Program-made: the position numbers and the translations under genes
Shown: piece after piece, positions 29,776 to 41,246 of the stretch
Layout: each line of letters starts with the position of its first letter
Position numbering within the stretch: the first letter of the stretch is position 1
Notes under the pieces: generated by a model
Database searches by the model: none
Told to the model about the DNA's origin: nothing
Seen by the model: the letters and a program-made list of their open reading frames with translations, nothing else
NCBI GenBank assembly: GCA_963796455.1
Contig: CAWCLO010000001.1
Span: 672,001-736,000, forward strand
Length of the DNA stretch: 64,000 bases
Reading direction: 5' to 3'
From: Candidatus Sulfomarinibacteraceae bacterium
GTDB lineage: Bacteria > Acidobacteriota > Thermoanaerobaculia > Thermoanaerobaculales > Sulfomarinibacteraceae

Positions 29776-31476
29776 TCAGCCGATGTCGCGTCGCGCGACA
29801 AATCGCTCGATCAGATTCCGGGTCGAGGAGTCGTGGTGGCTCAGGTCAGCCTCCTGCCCCGCGACCAATTCGTTTTCTTCTTCGAGGATTGTCCCCGCCA
29901 GGACCTTGCCGAGCTCGACGCCCCACTGGTCAAAGCTGTTGATCCGCCACACCACCCCCTGGACAAAGATCGAGTGCTCATACAGCGCGATCAGCATGCC
30001 CAGCGATCGTGGGGTCAAACGATCGAGCAGGATCGTATTGGTCGGTCGATTGCCGTCGAAGATCTTGTGCGAAGCCAGACGCTTGATCTCGTCGGGCTCC
30101 ATGCCGGAATGCTCGAGCTCCGCCACCACCTCTTCCTCGCTTCGACCCCGCATCAGGGCTTCGGTCTGGGCGAAGAAGTTTGCCATCAGCTTCAGGTGGT
30201 GATCACCAAGCGGATTGTGGGAGTTGACCGAAGCGATGAAATCACAGGGCACCAGTTCGGTCCCCTGGTGGATCAGTTGAAAAAATGCGTGTTGCCCGTT
30301 GGTGCCGGGTTCACCCCACACGACCGGTCCGGTCAGGTAGTCGATCCTGTTGCCGTCCCGGTCGGTGGATTTCCCGTTGGACTCCATGTCGCACTGCTGC
30401 AAAAAAGCCGGGAAACGGCTCAGATACTGATCGTACGGTAGAACCGCCTTGGTCGAGGCGCCAAAAAACGACCGATACCAGATACCCAGCAGCGCAAGGA
30501 TAGTCGGGATATTGCGTTCGGCGGGTGATTCGAGAAAATGGCGATCCATGGCGTGGCCGCCTTCCAGGAGCTCGACGAAACGATCAAAACCGACAGCGAT
30601 GGCCACGGTCAGACCGATGGCGGACCAGCTCGAGTAGCGACCGCCGACCCAGCCCCAAAACTCGAATACGCTGTCGCCGGCAATACCAAAGGACTTGACT
30701 CCTTCATTGTTGGTCGACAAGGCGACAAAATGACGAGCCACCGCTGTTTCGTCGCCGAGCGCCTCCACCAGCCAGAGCCGCGCGGACAGTGCGTTGGTCA
30801 TGGTCTCCTGGGTGGTGAAGGTCTTCGACGCGACCACAAAAAGGGTTGTGGCCGGATCGAGGTCGCGGGTCTTTTCAGAAATATCGGTCGCATCCACATT
30901 CGAGACAAAGCGAATCTCCGGACCGTCGCAATAGGGACCGAGTGCCTCGCAGATCATTGCCGGCCCCAGGTCCGAGCCACCGATCCCGATGTTGACGACC
31001 GTCGTTATGGGTTTGCCCGTGTGACCGAGCCACGCTCCCGACCGAAGCGATTCGGAAAATGCGCGCATCTTCTCGAGCACCCGAGAAATCTGCGGCATGA
31101 CATCTTCGCCGTCCACCACGACGGACTTTCCACCGCGGTTGCGAAGGGCCGTGTGCAACACCGCCCGATCTTCGGTCCAGTTGATCTTCCCGCCCGACAC
31201 CATGGCCTGAGCCGCTTCGGGCACACCACTTTGACGCGAAAGATCGCACAGGAGTCTCAGCGTCTCATCATCGATCCGGTTTTTCGAAAAATCGAAGAAC
31301 AGATCTTCGAGCTCGAGCGAGAAACGCGAGGCACGATCCGGCTCGGTTGCAAAGAGGTCCCGCATGTGGACGCCACCGATCTCGAGGTGGTGCTGGGCGA
31401 GAGCCTTCCACGGCTCGGTTTCGGTCAGTCGTGTGCCGGCACGCACGGCACGGTCAATGGGTGAATCAAATAGCAT
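29776..31476 (-). CDS. pgi: Glucose-6-phosphate isomerase
   Basis: [62 protein letters not shown]. Confidence 0.98.
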   Translation of the reverse strand: MLFDSPIDRAVRAGTRLTETEPWKALAQHHLEIGGVHMRDLFATEPDRASRFSLELEDLFFDFSKNRIDDETLRLLCDLSRQSGVPEAAQAMVSGGKINWTEDRAVLHTALRNRGGKSVVVDGEDVMPQISRVLEKMRAFSESLRSGAWLGHTGKPITTVVNIGIGGSDLGPAMICEALGPYCDGPEIRFVSNVDATDISEKTRDLDPATTLFVVASKTFTTQETMTNALSARLWLVEALGDETAVARHFVALSTNNEGVKSFGIAGDSVFEFWGWVGGRYSSWSAIGLTVAIAVGFDRFVELLEGGHAMDRHFLESPAERNIPTILALLGIWYRSFFGASTKAVLPYDQYLSRFPAFLQQCDMESNGKSTDRDGNRIDYLTGPVVWGEPGTNGQHAFFQLIHQGTELVPCDFIASVNSHNPLGDHHLKLMANFFAQTEALMRGRSEEEVVAELEHSGMEPDEIKRLASHKIFDGNRPTNTILLDRLTPRSLGMLIALYEHSIFVQGVVWRINSFDQWGVELGKVLAGTILEEENELVAGQEADLSHHDSSTRNLIERFVARRDIG

Positions 31477-31577
31477 CGGGTCGAGTCCTCCAGACGACAG
31501 AAAGCATAGCGTCGATTCGGCGGGAGGGCTATGGGGCGTGGGGCGTGGGGCTTGATGCTAGATGCACGATGCTGGAT

Positions 31578-31937
31578 CACTCTTGTCCAAGGCAGCGCCT
31601 CGGATAGCGATCAGCAACAGCGACGGCGAACAGTAGCCAGCGGCAGCGAACAGCGGCCGGGGCAGCGACAGCGACAGCCAACTGCACTCACCTCGTCGGG
31701 TTCAACAGACGCCAGGTCACGGCGCGGACCAGATCGGCTGCCCACCGGCTACGCCTTCTGTTGAACGACCCGGAGGTGGCCGTCACTTCACTCGGCCGCT
31801 GCCACTGTTAGCTGTTCGTCTGTCGCTGGATTCTGTCGCTGGATTCTGTCGCTGACCTCTGTCGCTGACCTCTGTCGCTGCCGCTGCCGCTGCCGCTGGA
31901 CACTGTCGCTGTCGCTGCAATTCGGGCACGGACACGG
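31578..31937 (-). mobile_element. Copy C: internally deleted element keeping only the last 15 codons of the gene
   Basis: TIR CACTCTTGTCCAAGGCAG at 31578; 31688-31735 encodes DLVRAVTWRLLNPTR*; five 13-mer TCTGTCGCTGNNN units at 31819-31883. Confidence 0.85.
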
Positions 31938-32011
31938 GAAGGGAGAAAGAGGGAGAAAGGGGGAGGGGAAAGGGAGAACCGTACCGAAAGCTCAATTCGT
32001 GATAAGAAGCG

Positions 32012-32051
32012 CCGAACTCCGAACTCCGAACTCCGAACTCCGAACTCCGAA
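32012..32051. repeat. Heptamer array (CCGAACT)x5
   Basis: Five perfect units plus ccgaa. Confidence 0.92.
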
Positions 32052-32067
32052 TCAACTCCTTTATGCG

Positions 32068-33435
32068 CTAGCTACTCGCCCACTCCAGCGCCCTTGCCGG
32101 GTCCTCGGCGAGCAGATCCACAAGATCGTCGGTCGGCATCCGGCCGTTGGCCGTAAAGTGCTGGAGGTAGGCCTCGGTCGCCGCCAGTGCTTCGTCACCG
32201 ATAAAGTCCGGCGGCATTCTCCGGGCCCCATCGAGTCCGATTTGCCACAACCGACACGCCAGATCCCGTATCTCGAGATCACGGACGCCATCAATCGCCG
32301 CCCGCCGCCAGAGATCAGGCAGGCCGATTCGCTGGGGCCCGAGCAGGTCGAGAGCCTCGGATCGGGCACGGTCATCGTAGAAAAGTGCCGCCATCAGCAT
32401 CACGGGCGCCTGGCGCCAGCGGTCGGGCAGCGCCTCGCCGGCACGGAGTTCGAGAAAGCCCCGGGGGCGAACCTCGAAGAAAAGGGTGGTCAGGTGGTAG
32501 AGAAGATCGTCTCGGGTCGGCCATCCCCACCTCGGATGCCCGTCTTCGATCCACTTGATGAAACTGCAACCCGTGCAACCGGGTTCAAATTGGCCGTCTC
32601 CGGTCCGGTAGATCATCACATCGGCTTCGAGGGCCGCCTGGCCCCATTCCAACCTCGGGTCATCGCCCCGGCCCTCGGTCAGCAGCCGAGGAAACCCACT
32701 CCGGGTCGGGTCGAGCTCCTGCCACGCACGCGCCCGGCTGCAGACTGCGCCGAGCCCGGGACTGCAGGCAAAGGTCGCGGTCATCATCGGGCTCGCGAGA
32801 TTGGCCAGCAACCACCGTTGCTGCCATACGTCTTCAGGGCCGAGGTCGAGGTTGATCTGAAGGCTCGCGGTATGGCGCATCATGATCGCGCCCCAATGCC
32901 CCCGCTGCCGATAATAGGCCGCCTGAGCCGTATAACGGCCGGCGCGGAGCTGCTGCGGAACGGTTTCGACATCGTGCCACACATCAATCCCGATCGCCGC
33001 CAGCGCTACCTGGTGGCTCGCGAAGGCCGCACGCAGCCGGCTGAGGATCGTGTCGAGATCGACGAAAGCGCTCCGGACGCTTGGGTAGACAGGAGTCGAA
33101 TACTCCACCTGGGCCCCGGGTTCGAAGGTGATCCGTCCGCCACCCTCGACCGGAAATTCCAGTGGGCCCTTCGAGGGGTCGGAAGGCGCCCCAAAATGCC
33201 GGTCGGACGCAGCCAACTGGTCGACGATCTCGAGAACACCGAATCCTCCGGGCTGGGTCAACGTCAGCCGCGCCTCAGGACGACGCTTCGGTCCGTATTT
33301 GATGGGGAAAAATTCCGGCTCGAGACCGATCCCCCCGACGAGAGGGCCGGGGCCTGGTGTGGGAAAGGCGTTGCAGCCCGCCAGTTCCCTGGCTTCATCC
33401 ACCGAAATTGCGGTTGATCGATCCTTCGTCGGCAT
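32068..33435 (-). CDS. Glutamate--cysteine ligase, GCS2/EgtA-like
   Basis: IGLEPE, ITFEPGAQVEYS, MMRHTASLQINLD, HLTTLFFEVRPRGFLELR. Confidence 0.85.
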   Translation of the reverse strand: MPTKDRSTAISVDEARELAGCNAFPTPGPGPLVGGIGLEPEFFPIKYGPKRRPEARLTLTQPGGFGVLEIVDQLAASDRHFGAPSDPSKGPLEFPVEGGGRITFEPGAQVEYSTPVYPSVRSAFVDLDTILSRLRAAFASHQVALAAIGIDVWHDVETVPQQLRAGRYTAQAAYYRQRGHWGAIMMRHTASLQINLDLGPEDVWQQRWLLANLASPMMTATFACSPGLGAVCSRARAWQELDPTRSGFPRLLTEGRGDDPRLEWGQAALEADVMIYRTGDGQFEPGCTGCSFIKWIEDGHPRWGWPTRDDLLYHLTTLFFEVRPRGFLELRAGEALPDRWRQAPVMLMAALFYDDRARSEALDLLGPQRIGLPDLWRRAAIDGVRDLEIRDLACRLWQIGLDGARRMPPDFIGDEALAATEAYLQHFTANGRMPTDDLVDLLAEDPARALEWASS

Positions 33436-33637
33436 GGTCCTGCACGATACACGGAGATGGGCCTGATGCCAATACCCACCGGAACAACGGCTATGAGGAA
33501 AATGGGGCTATGAGGGGTGGGGCTAAAAAACGACCCCCTGCGGCAATAATTCCAAATAGCCGTATAGCCAGGGAGCGGAGCGGCTGATCATCGCCTCACA
33601 GCCAGGCCGCGATGCGGCCGATCACGCCCTCATAGCG

Positions 33638-33665
33638 AAAAAAACGCGGCCGAAGCCGCGTTTTT
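33638..33665. terminator. Intrinsic terminator of the cytochrome gene (bidirectional form)
   Basis: AAAAACGCGGC-CGAA-GCCGCGTTTTT. Confidence 0.85.
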
Positions 33666-33682
33666 GTAAAGAGCTGTCGAGC

Positions 33683-34153
33683 TTATTCGCCCGGCGGATT
33701 CTTGAATTCGTGAATGGCCTTTTTGTTGTTCAGGTTGTCCGCCAGGACAACCTTGCTGGCGTGGTCGTCACCCGTGTGGCAACCATCGCAGGTGGCCTGA
33801 GTCGGAATCTCGAGACCATTGGCCATCGCCGTCTCACGGTCCTTCATAATGCTCATCTTCTTGTAGTCGCCACCGGCTCCGTGACAGGCTTCGCACTGGA
33901 CACCAGCGGTTTCCTCACTGGCATTGGTGGCATGGCACTTGAGGCAGTCAGCCGAGAACTCACGATCGGGTGAGGCCTTGGCCACCTCGGTGGCTTTGGC
34001 GTGAGAGGTGGCCTCCCACGAGGCGAACTGTACCTTATGGCACATTTTACATTTTGCGGCACCCGCAAAGGCATGATCCTGCGCCGAGGCGTTGGTCGCA
34101 ACCAAAGCAATTGTCGCTACCGCGAGGACCAACCAAAGATTCTTGTTTCGCAT
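33683..34153 (-). CDS. Periplasmic tetraheme cytochrome c (c554/c552-like)
   Basis: Signal peptide ending ASA; CKMCH, CLKCH, CEACH, CDGCH. Confidence 0.9.
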   Translation of the reverse strand: MRNKNLWLVLAVATIALVATNASAQDHAFAGAAKCKMCHKVQFASWEATSHAKATEVAKASPDREFSADCLKCHATNASEETAGVQCEACHGAGGDYKKMSIMKDRETAMANGLEIPTQATCDGCHTGDDHASKVVLADNLNNKKAIHEFKNPPGE

Positions 34154-34364
34154 CACTATCCTCCGTTTCTTCCGTGCGTTTTGAACGCCCGACGAGCCTA
34201 ACATTGTCGCAACTGGTGTTCAACAACGACACTGTTGTGACATACGAAAAACCAATCAATTCTATTCCGCGAACCACGCCATGACAAGACTGTCCGGCCA
34301 CCATATCAACGACTAAGTTATTGAAAAAATAATTACTTGAACGAGAAAAAGACGATACACGCGG

Positions 34365-37000
34365 TTACCAACGGTCCGGATCGAGGCCCTCGAAGACCTG
34401 CAGACCGCTGAGCGTGGTCCTTCGGTTGAAAATCAGCTCGCCGGTCTGCGGGCTGACGGTCAGCGGTAGGTGTTCCAGATGTGAACTCGGCGGCCTCCCG
34501 AGATCGAGCACCGCGCGAAGCCTCCACTGCCAGATTCCCGGTTCCGCCTCCCACAGTTCGAGATCCTGAATGTTTCGTCGGAGCTGCCACAATCGTGAAC
34601 CGTCGGCACTCCACACCATGCGGGTCGGCTCGAGCCCGATCTTGATCGGTGTCCCACCCTGTGCCGGAACCACCCACGCACCCTGATCGGGATCCGACTT
34701 CTGAGTCCACACCGAATAGGCTATCCACGCACCATCAGGGCTCCAGCGCGGATAATCGCCGCCGCCGGGAGTCAGTAAAGAGGGCTCACCTCCCGCCGAG
34801 GACACGACCCAGATCTTTATCGGCGATCCAGCCGCATAGGTCAGAAAACGGCCATCCGGCGACCAACTGGGAAATTCTGAGGCTTCCACGTCGCTGGCGA
34901 GGGTTACCGCCTGGCCTCCCGACCGCGAAATCACTCTGAGCATCGTGCCGCCCTCCGCCGACTGAGCCAGATAGGCAACCCGTCCGCTATCTGGGGAGAT
35001 CGATGGGCAGGATGCATCTTCCGTCGGCTGGCTGATCGCCTCCTCGACGCCGGACGCCTCGCGCAGGAAGATCGTGGCAGAGCCGGCGACATAACGGCGA
35101 TAGGCGACGATGCCCTGGCGATCTGTGCTCCCCCAGCCGCTGTCCTGAACGCCACACATGAGACAATTCCAGCCCTGGCCATCAGGATCAACGGCAACAA
35201 GGTCATTCGTGGTGTTGCGGCGAACCACCGCAAGGCGTTCACCATCCGCTGACAAGGCGGGATGCCACAAACGATCCAGCCTCGGGATCAAGGGCGATGC
35301 CCGACCTTTAGCTACCCACATCAATTGTCCGTCGACCGAAGCCAATAGAGATTTCCCAGAGGGAGCCCACCCGATGCCATAGACCTGTTTCCCCGGATTC
35401 AACCAGGAAACCACCTGATCATCGAGCTCTCGAACCACAAAAATGCTGTCTGGGACCCCGGCCGGTCCAGCAAGCAACGCGAAGCCGCCTCCCGGTCGGG
35501 GTATGGCTCGATACCACGAGCGATCGGCTTCGGACTCCCGCATGCGGGTCGTCTCATGAAGAGCCAGGGAGTATCTGAAGAGGCTGAAGCCGCCCTCGGG
35601 GCCTTCCCGGGAAAAAGAAACGAATCGGAATCGAGCCACGCACCACCCCCCGCATTGATGATCTCGGCAGTGGCCTGGCCGCCCACCGAAGGAATCACCC
35701 GCAACGACGATTCGCCCGCGGTCACGACCTCCACGAGCAATCCTTTGCCATCGGGAGAAAACTGAGGCAGGCTGAAGGCTTCCATCCCCGAACCTTCGAT
35801 CAGACTTCGCACAGCGCCGGTCGCGCCGTCGACGATCACCACATCGCTGCTCCCGATCCGGTTCCGCGCCACCGCCAACTCATCGCTGGCAGGGTGCCAA
35901 CTGGGATCCGAGAGGGTGCCGACGGTCTCGAGGAGCGTGCGAACCCGCCAATTGCCGGGATCGGGTCGGATCGGCTCGGTGCCCCAACGACCAAACAAAA
36001 GTCCGGCAGCCAACCCACCGATCAAGGCGGCTCCGGCCAGCAGCCCTACCCGGACCGCGAGCTGCCGCCGCCGTTTGACCACTGCCAGGATCTTGGCCGA
36101 ACTGACGGCCATCGTCGGGGCTTCCGCCAGGCTGACCGCATCGGTGCCTTGAAAAACCGACAGATCGGCGGCGAGATCGAGGCTCGATCGGTAGCGGCGT
36201 TTGGGCTCTCGCGCCATACACCTTTCGACCACCGCAATCAGTTCGGGCGGCGTCTCGGGCGCCACGTCCGCCAGCGGTCGATAGTCCGTGCGAACGACGG
36301 ATTGCAGGACCTGCATCGGTGTCGGGCCGTCAAACGCACGCCGCCCGGACAAGGTCTCATAGAGCACAGCACCGAGAGAGAATATGTCCGAGGCAAAGGA
36401 CACTCCCTTGCCGAGGGCCTGCTCAGGAGCCATGTAGGGGCACGAGCCGAGGACCATTCCCGGCGAGGTCAGCGATTCAACCGGGGTCTCACCATCCATC
36501 TGGGCGAGTCGAGCGAGACCGAAATCGAGCACGGTGACGTGGCCGCCGTCTCCGACCATCACATTCGAAGGTTTGAGATCACGGTGGATCACGCCGACCT
36601 CGTGGGCGGCGGCGAGGGCGAGTGCAACCTGTTCCACGATCCGGGCCGCCAGCCTCGGAGGAAGCGGGCCGTCCTGAACCATCTCATTGAGTGAGCGTCC
36701 ATTGACCAGTTCCATCACCAGATAGGGCAGGTCTTCACCGACTCCTGGATCAAAGGTTCCGACGTCGTGGATGCCGACCACATTCGGGTGGTGGAGCCGC
36801 GCCATTGCCCGTGCTTCGCGCTCGAAGCGGCGTGCCGCAGAGGGTTCATTGACCAGGATGTGCGGCAGGAGTTTGAGCGCCACTTCGCGGTCGAGACGCT
36901 CGTCCCACGCCGCCCACACCGTGCCCATGCCGCCACGGGCGAGCCGCCTGTCGAGGCGGAATCGCCAGATCCGCATACCGGGCTTGAGTTCGGTGACCAT
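34365..37000 (-). pseudogene. Ser/Thr protein kinase + TM + TolB/PD40 beta-propeller, split by a 1-nt frameshift (real or an assembly error)
   Basis: GGMGTVW, VALK, HRDLKPSN and DFGLA in ORF 35399-37003; PSWSPDG repeats in ORF 34365-35639; the frames join at the A5 run at 35612-35616. Confidence 0.8.
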
Positions 37001-37047
37001 CAAAAACCATCATACGACGGTCGCGGGCCCGTTACATGAGGCGTCAC

Positions 37048-39054
37048 TCAGCTATTGCGCTCGACGAGCAGCAGAGTTAGGTCATCGGCCAGGGGTGTGC
37101 CGCCGGTATGAGAGGCGAAAGCCTTCTGGATCAGCGCGGTGATCCCGATCCCGGATAGGGCGCCGATTCCATCCAGAATTCCGGCCAGGCGCTCGTACCC
37201 AAAGGGCTCGCCGTCCTCCGACAGCGCCTCGACCAGGCCGTCCGAATACAACAGCAGATGGGAAGCCACCGGGAACGGTCTTACGATGGTTTTCGAACCG
37301 CAGAGGCGGGTTCCCAAAGGCAGGGATCCAGCCATGAGCTCCTCAGATCTGCCGTCGGGATCGATCAAAAAGGCTGGCGGGTGACCCGCGTTCGTTATGG
37401 AGACCCGATCGGCAGCCAGATCGAAATCAATCACCGACAGGGTTACCATGGTCCGTTCGGGTCGATTTTCGGTTAGAACGAGATTGACCTTTTGGATCAA
37501 CTCGGCTCCGCCGTAACCTTCCCGAACCAGCGCTGCCACCGACGATTTGAGGCTCGCCATCAGCAGACCGGTGGCAAGGCCATGACCGGCCACGTCACCG
37601 ATGGTGACGATCATTCGGTCGCCGGAAAGCGAAAAGATATCAAAATAGTCGCCGCCGACTTCGGCCGCGGGTTGGAAGGTCGCCCGCACCGTCAACCCTC
37701 CGACTTCGAGGTGGCGGGCGGGCAGCAGGCTCTCCTGGATCTCCCGCGCCAGCTCCAACTCATTCGCAAGTCTTTCTTTTTCGGCCACATCGGCGATCAT
37801 CGATTGAACCGAATCGGTCATCTGGTTGAAGGACACCGCCAGGTCGCCGAGTTGATCACGGCGCTTGACCGGGACGCGGTAATCGAGATTGCCGAGTTCG
37901 ACTTCCCTGGCACCCCTGGAAAGCCGGGCCGTCGATCGGGCAATCGACATGATGACCGTTGCCGCTGCAACAAGCACCATGCCGTAACCGAGGAGAAACA
38001 GGGCCCCGAGACCGGCGAGCACACCCCACAGCTCGGTGCGGAGTTCATACTCCGAGAGCGTGAAATCGTCCCAGACGTTTTTTGGCGAGGTCCGCAGGAG
38101 CGCAAAGGACCGGCCGTCGCCAATCGCTTCTCCGGTTTCGAGATCGACGAGATTCGATACCATCCGAAACCAGACCACATAAGGCTTGGAAAACAGACCG
38201 TCTTCGCCGTCGGTCCACGGTTGCCAGAGCTTTTCATCGCCAATCGTCGTGCCGTCGACCGTGAACCGCACCGCACCCTCACCTTCGTCAACGACCTGAG
38301 GACCACCGATAGCCGGTTCTTGCTCTTCCTCCACGATCGATTCGAATTCTGCGTCACTCACACCGTCATCGATGAAGGCGATGTCGAACCACCATTGGGA
38401 ACTCAGATCGGCGGCCGTCACATCGTCAAAGGGGATCATGGCCGCCACCCAGTCGCCGTTGGCCGCTCGGTTGGCGGTGATGCCGAATATCTCGGTCTGA
38501 TGATGGGCAACCCAGAACGAAGTGCCTTCGGGGAGCCATTCCAGCTCGGGGCGAAAGTCTTCATCGGTGAGCGCGATATCGCGATCTCCGAGGTGGGCCC
38601 GCCACAACACACGGGTCAAAGGATCGGGCGGATCTGAATGGAACTTTTCGAGGTCCGTCACAGCAGCCTCGATGCCCTCCGATCGAGCGGCTGTCAGCAC
38701 GATCGCACCCTCGCCACCGAGGGTCCAATAGAATCGATCGAATTCGGAACCGACCCTCACCGAGGTGTACTGGCCCATCATGATGTAGAGGCCGATGGCG
38801 GCAAACGCGGCCGCAAAGAGTACCGGCAAAACGCCGACCAACAAAAAGGTCATGGCGAGACGCACTCCGACGCGGTAGGTCATCCATCGCCACAACCACC
38901 ACACGAGAACGGCGCCGCTTGCCAGCAGCCAGAGCACCGAAAAGATTGACAGCACTTCAGTGAGTTGGGCCGCCCGGGCGACGACAGACACCAGCGCAGT
39001 CGTCACGAGGAGGATCGCGCCGCCGATCCACCACCAGCGACGGCGGATATTCAT
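37048..39054 (-). CDS. Membrane HAMP + SpoIIE/PP2C (RsbU-like) phosphatase
   Basis: [63 protein letters not shown]. Confidence 0.93.
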   Translation of the reverse strand: MNIRRRWWWIGGAILLVTTALVSVVARAAQLTEVLSIFSVLWLLASGAVLVWWLWRWMTYRVGVRLAMTFLLVGVLPVLFAAAFAAIGLYIMMGQYTSVRVGSEFDRFYWTLGGEGAIVLTAARSEGIEAAVTDLEKFHSDPPDPLTRVLWRAHLGDRDIALTDEDFRPELEWLPEGTSFWVAHHQTEIFGITANRAANGDWVAAMIPFDDVTAADLSSQWWFDIAFIDDGVSDAEFESIVEEEQEPAIGGPQVVDEGEGAVRFTVDGTTIGDEKLWQPWTDGEDGLFSKPYVVWFRMVSNLVDLETGEAIGDGRSFALLRTSPKNVWDDFTLSEYELRTELWGVLAGLGALFLLGYGMVLVAAATVIMSIARSTARLSRGAREVELGNLDYRVPVKRRDQLGDLAVSFNQMTDSVQSMIADVAEKERLANELELAREIQESLLPARHLEVGGLTVRATFQPAAEVGGDYFDIFSLSGDRMIVTIGDVAGHGLATGLLMASLKSSVAALVREGYGGAELIQKVNLVLTENRPERTMVTLSVIDFDLAADRVSITNAGHPPAFLIDPDGRSEELMAGSLPLGTRLCGSKTIVRPFPVASHLLLYSDGLVEALSEDGEPFGYERLAGILDGIGALSGIGITALIQKAFASHTGGTPLADDLTLLLVERNS

Positions 39055-39674
39055 TGCCTCTCCGAGTCCGAATCTTCAACTGGGGGAATCAGCCACGGTT
39101 CGCTCGCCGGCGGTGCGCCATCGGGCTCGTGGCAGCGCCGGCACCGGGCCTCGTAGGCCCCCGTGGCGCCCACCACAACCAATTCGTCGGATTCGATCAA
39201 GCGCTGGGTATAGGCAGCCGGTGAACCACAAGAGGTACAGATCGCGTGGATCTTGTGGACCTCTTCGGCGATCGCGAGAAGCTTCGGCATCGGGCCAAAC
39301 GGGACTCCCCGGTAGTCCATGTCGAGACCCGCGGCGATCACTCTTTTTCCAAGGTTGGCAAGATGACTCAACACCGCCGGCAGCCCGTCGTCGAAGAACT
39401 GCGCCTCGTCGATTCCGACGACCTCGGTCCGGGGATCGAGGCGGGGTCTGATCTCATCGCTGCGCTCGACCAACTCGCACGGGACCCTCATCTGCGAGTG
39501 CGACACGACATCGCCTTCGGAATAACGGTTATCGAGCCGTGGCTTGAAGACCTGCACACGCTGTCGTGCAATCGCCGATCGTTTGAGGAGCCGGATCAGC
39601 TCCTCGGACTTGCCCGAAAACATGGGTCCGGCGATGACCTCGATCCACCCGGCACCGGGACGCGTGGGATTCAT
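39051..39674 (-). CDS. tdk: Thymidine kinase
   Basis: [27 protein letters not shown], zinc-binding Cys pairs, YEARCRRCH. Confidence 0.97.
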   Translation of the reverse strand: MNPTRPGAGWIEVIAGPMFSGKSEELIRLLKRSAIARQRVQVFKPRLDNRYSEGDVVSHSQMRVPCELVERSDEIRPRLDPRTEVVGIDEAQFFDDGLPAVLSHLANLGKRVIAAGLDMDYRGVPFGPMPKLLAIAEEVHKIHAICTSCGSPAAYTQRLIESDELVVVGATGAYEARCRRCHEPDGAPPASEPWLIPPVEDSDSERQ

Positions 39675-39711
39675 CGATGCGCTCCCTTCGAGGAAGATAG
39701 AGTATCAAGGT

Positions 39712-39817
39712 TTTAATTCGAATTTGGGATTTGGAAATTGGGATTTTCACCCGCAAATTGGCATCGTACAACGACGGCGGACAAAAATCCGAAATCCGAA
39801 ATCCGAATTTCAAAATC
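39712..39817. repeat. Inverted pair of heptamer arrays, (GATTTGG)n ... (AAATCCG)n
   Basis: Left arm 39712-39748 and right arm 39784-39817, between lpdA and tdk. Confidence 0.8.
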
Positions 39818-39830
39818 AGCGCCGGAGGCG

Positions 39831-41246
39831 CTACTTGTTCACCATATGCACCGCCTGGCCGAGGGCGGCTTCGATGGCTTCCTGGAAAGCCTCGGACATG
39901 GTCGGGTGCGGGTGGATGGTGAGGGCCACGTCCTCGAGAAAGGCGCCCATCTCCAGAGCCAGGGTGGCCTCGCCGATGAACTCGCTGACACCTCGTCCGA
40001 CCGCCACCACTCCGAGAAGTTGCTTGGTCTCGGCGTCGGCAATGGCCTTGACGAACCCGTCGGTGCTGTCGAGGGACATGGCGCGGCCCGAGGCCTTGAA
40101 CTGGAAGGTTCCGGTGACGACGTCATAACCCTTGGACTTCGCCTCTTCCTCACCCAAACCGGCCCAAGCCACCTCGGGATCGGTGTAGATCACGGCCGGT
40201 ATGATGCTGTCAAAGGCCGCCGGTTCGCCGCAAATCACCTCGGCAGCCACCTTGGCTTCTTGATAAGCCTTGTGGGCGAGCAAGGCTCCACCAACCACGT
40301 CGCCGATGGCATAGATCCCCGGAGCCGAGGTCTGCATCTTGTCGTTGGCGATGATGAAGCCCTTTTCATCGGTGGCAACACCCGCCGCCTCGAGACCGAG
40401 ATTCTCGGTATTTGGCACCCGTCCGACGCTCATCATTACGACATCCGCTTCGAGCCGCACCTCGTCGTCCTTGGGACCACGGACGACCACCGTCGATGGA
40501 TCTCCCGGCTCGAAGGACTCGGCGCGATGGTTCACCAACAATTTCACTTTGAGCTTCTTGAGCTGACGGGTCAGGGCCTTGCCGACCTCGGCGTCGAGGT
40601 TCGGGACAATGGCCGGAAGGAACTCTACAACCGTTACCTTGGTTCCGAGTTTGGCGTAGACACTGCCGAGCTCGAGACCGATATAGCCGCCGCCGATCAC
40701 CACCATCCGATCCGGCACCGCGTTGAGAGACAGGGCTTCGGTTGAACCGATGATCTTCACGCCATCATGAGGAAAGCTCTCGAGCTGCATCGGCCGCGAA
40801 CCGGTGGCGATCACCGCCTGCTCGAACTCGATCTCGAGTGGTCCATCCTCGGCGGCGACAGTCAATTTCCGATCCGAGAGAAACTCGGCCGCGCCGTGCA
40901 CAACCTCGACGCCGTTCTTTTCACACAAAAAGGCGACGCCGGAGGTCAGACGTTCGACGATGCCGTCTTTCCACGACACCATTTTCGTCATATCGACATG
41001 CAGGCCCTCGACCGAAACACCCATGTTTTCGGCGTGCTTCGCCTCGTGAGCGAGATCCGAGGCGTGGATCATTGCCTTGGAGGGGATGCAACCGACGTTG
41101 AGACAAACGCCGCCGAGAGACGACGCTCTTTCAACCAGGATGACGTCCTTGCCGAGCTGCGCGAGCCTGATCGCGGCCACATAGCCGCCCGGACCGGCAC
41201 CGATCACTACAACCTGACACCCACGGGATACGGAACCAACAACCAT
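39831..41246 (-). CDS. lpdA: Dihydrolipoyl dehydrogenase (E3)
   Basis: GAGPGGYVAA, GGVCLNVGCIPSK, GGGYIGLE, HPHPTMSE. Confidence 0.97.
   Translation of the reverse strand: MVVGSVSRGCQVVVIGAGPGGYVAAIRLAQLGKDVILVERASSLGGVCLNVGCIPSKAMIHASDLAHEAKHAENMGVSVEGLHVDMTKMVSWKDGIVERLTSGVAFLCEKNGVEVVHGAAEFLSDRKLTVAAEDGPLEIEFEQAVIATGSRPMQLESFPHDGVKIIGSTEALSLNAVPDRMVVIGGGYIGLELGSVYAKLGTKVTVVEFLPAIVPNLDAEVGKALTRQLKKLKVKLLVNHRAESFEPGDPSTVVVRGPKDDEVRLEADVVMMSVGRVPNTENLGLEAAGVATDEKGFIIANDKMQTSAPGIYAIGDVVGGALLAHKAYQEAKVAAEVICGEPAAFDSIIPAVIYTDPEVAWAGLGEEEAKSKGYDVVTGTFQFKASGRAMSLDSTDGFVKAIADAETKQLLGVVAVGRGVSEFIGEATLALEMGAFLEDVALTIHPHPTMSEAFQEAIEAALGQAVHMVNK

Noticed and set aside
31801..32051. CRISPR array
   Set aside because: Units are 6-13 nt and contiguous, with no unique spacers and no cas genes.
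39703..39715. IHF consensus TATCAAGGTTTTA upstream of tdk
   Set aside because: A single short match overlapping a repeat array, with no sigma54 promoter or recombination site nearby; it could be chance.
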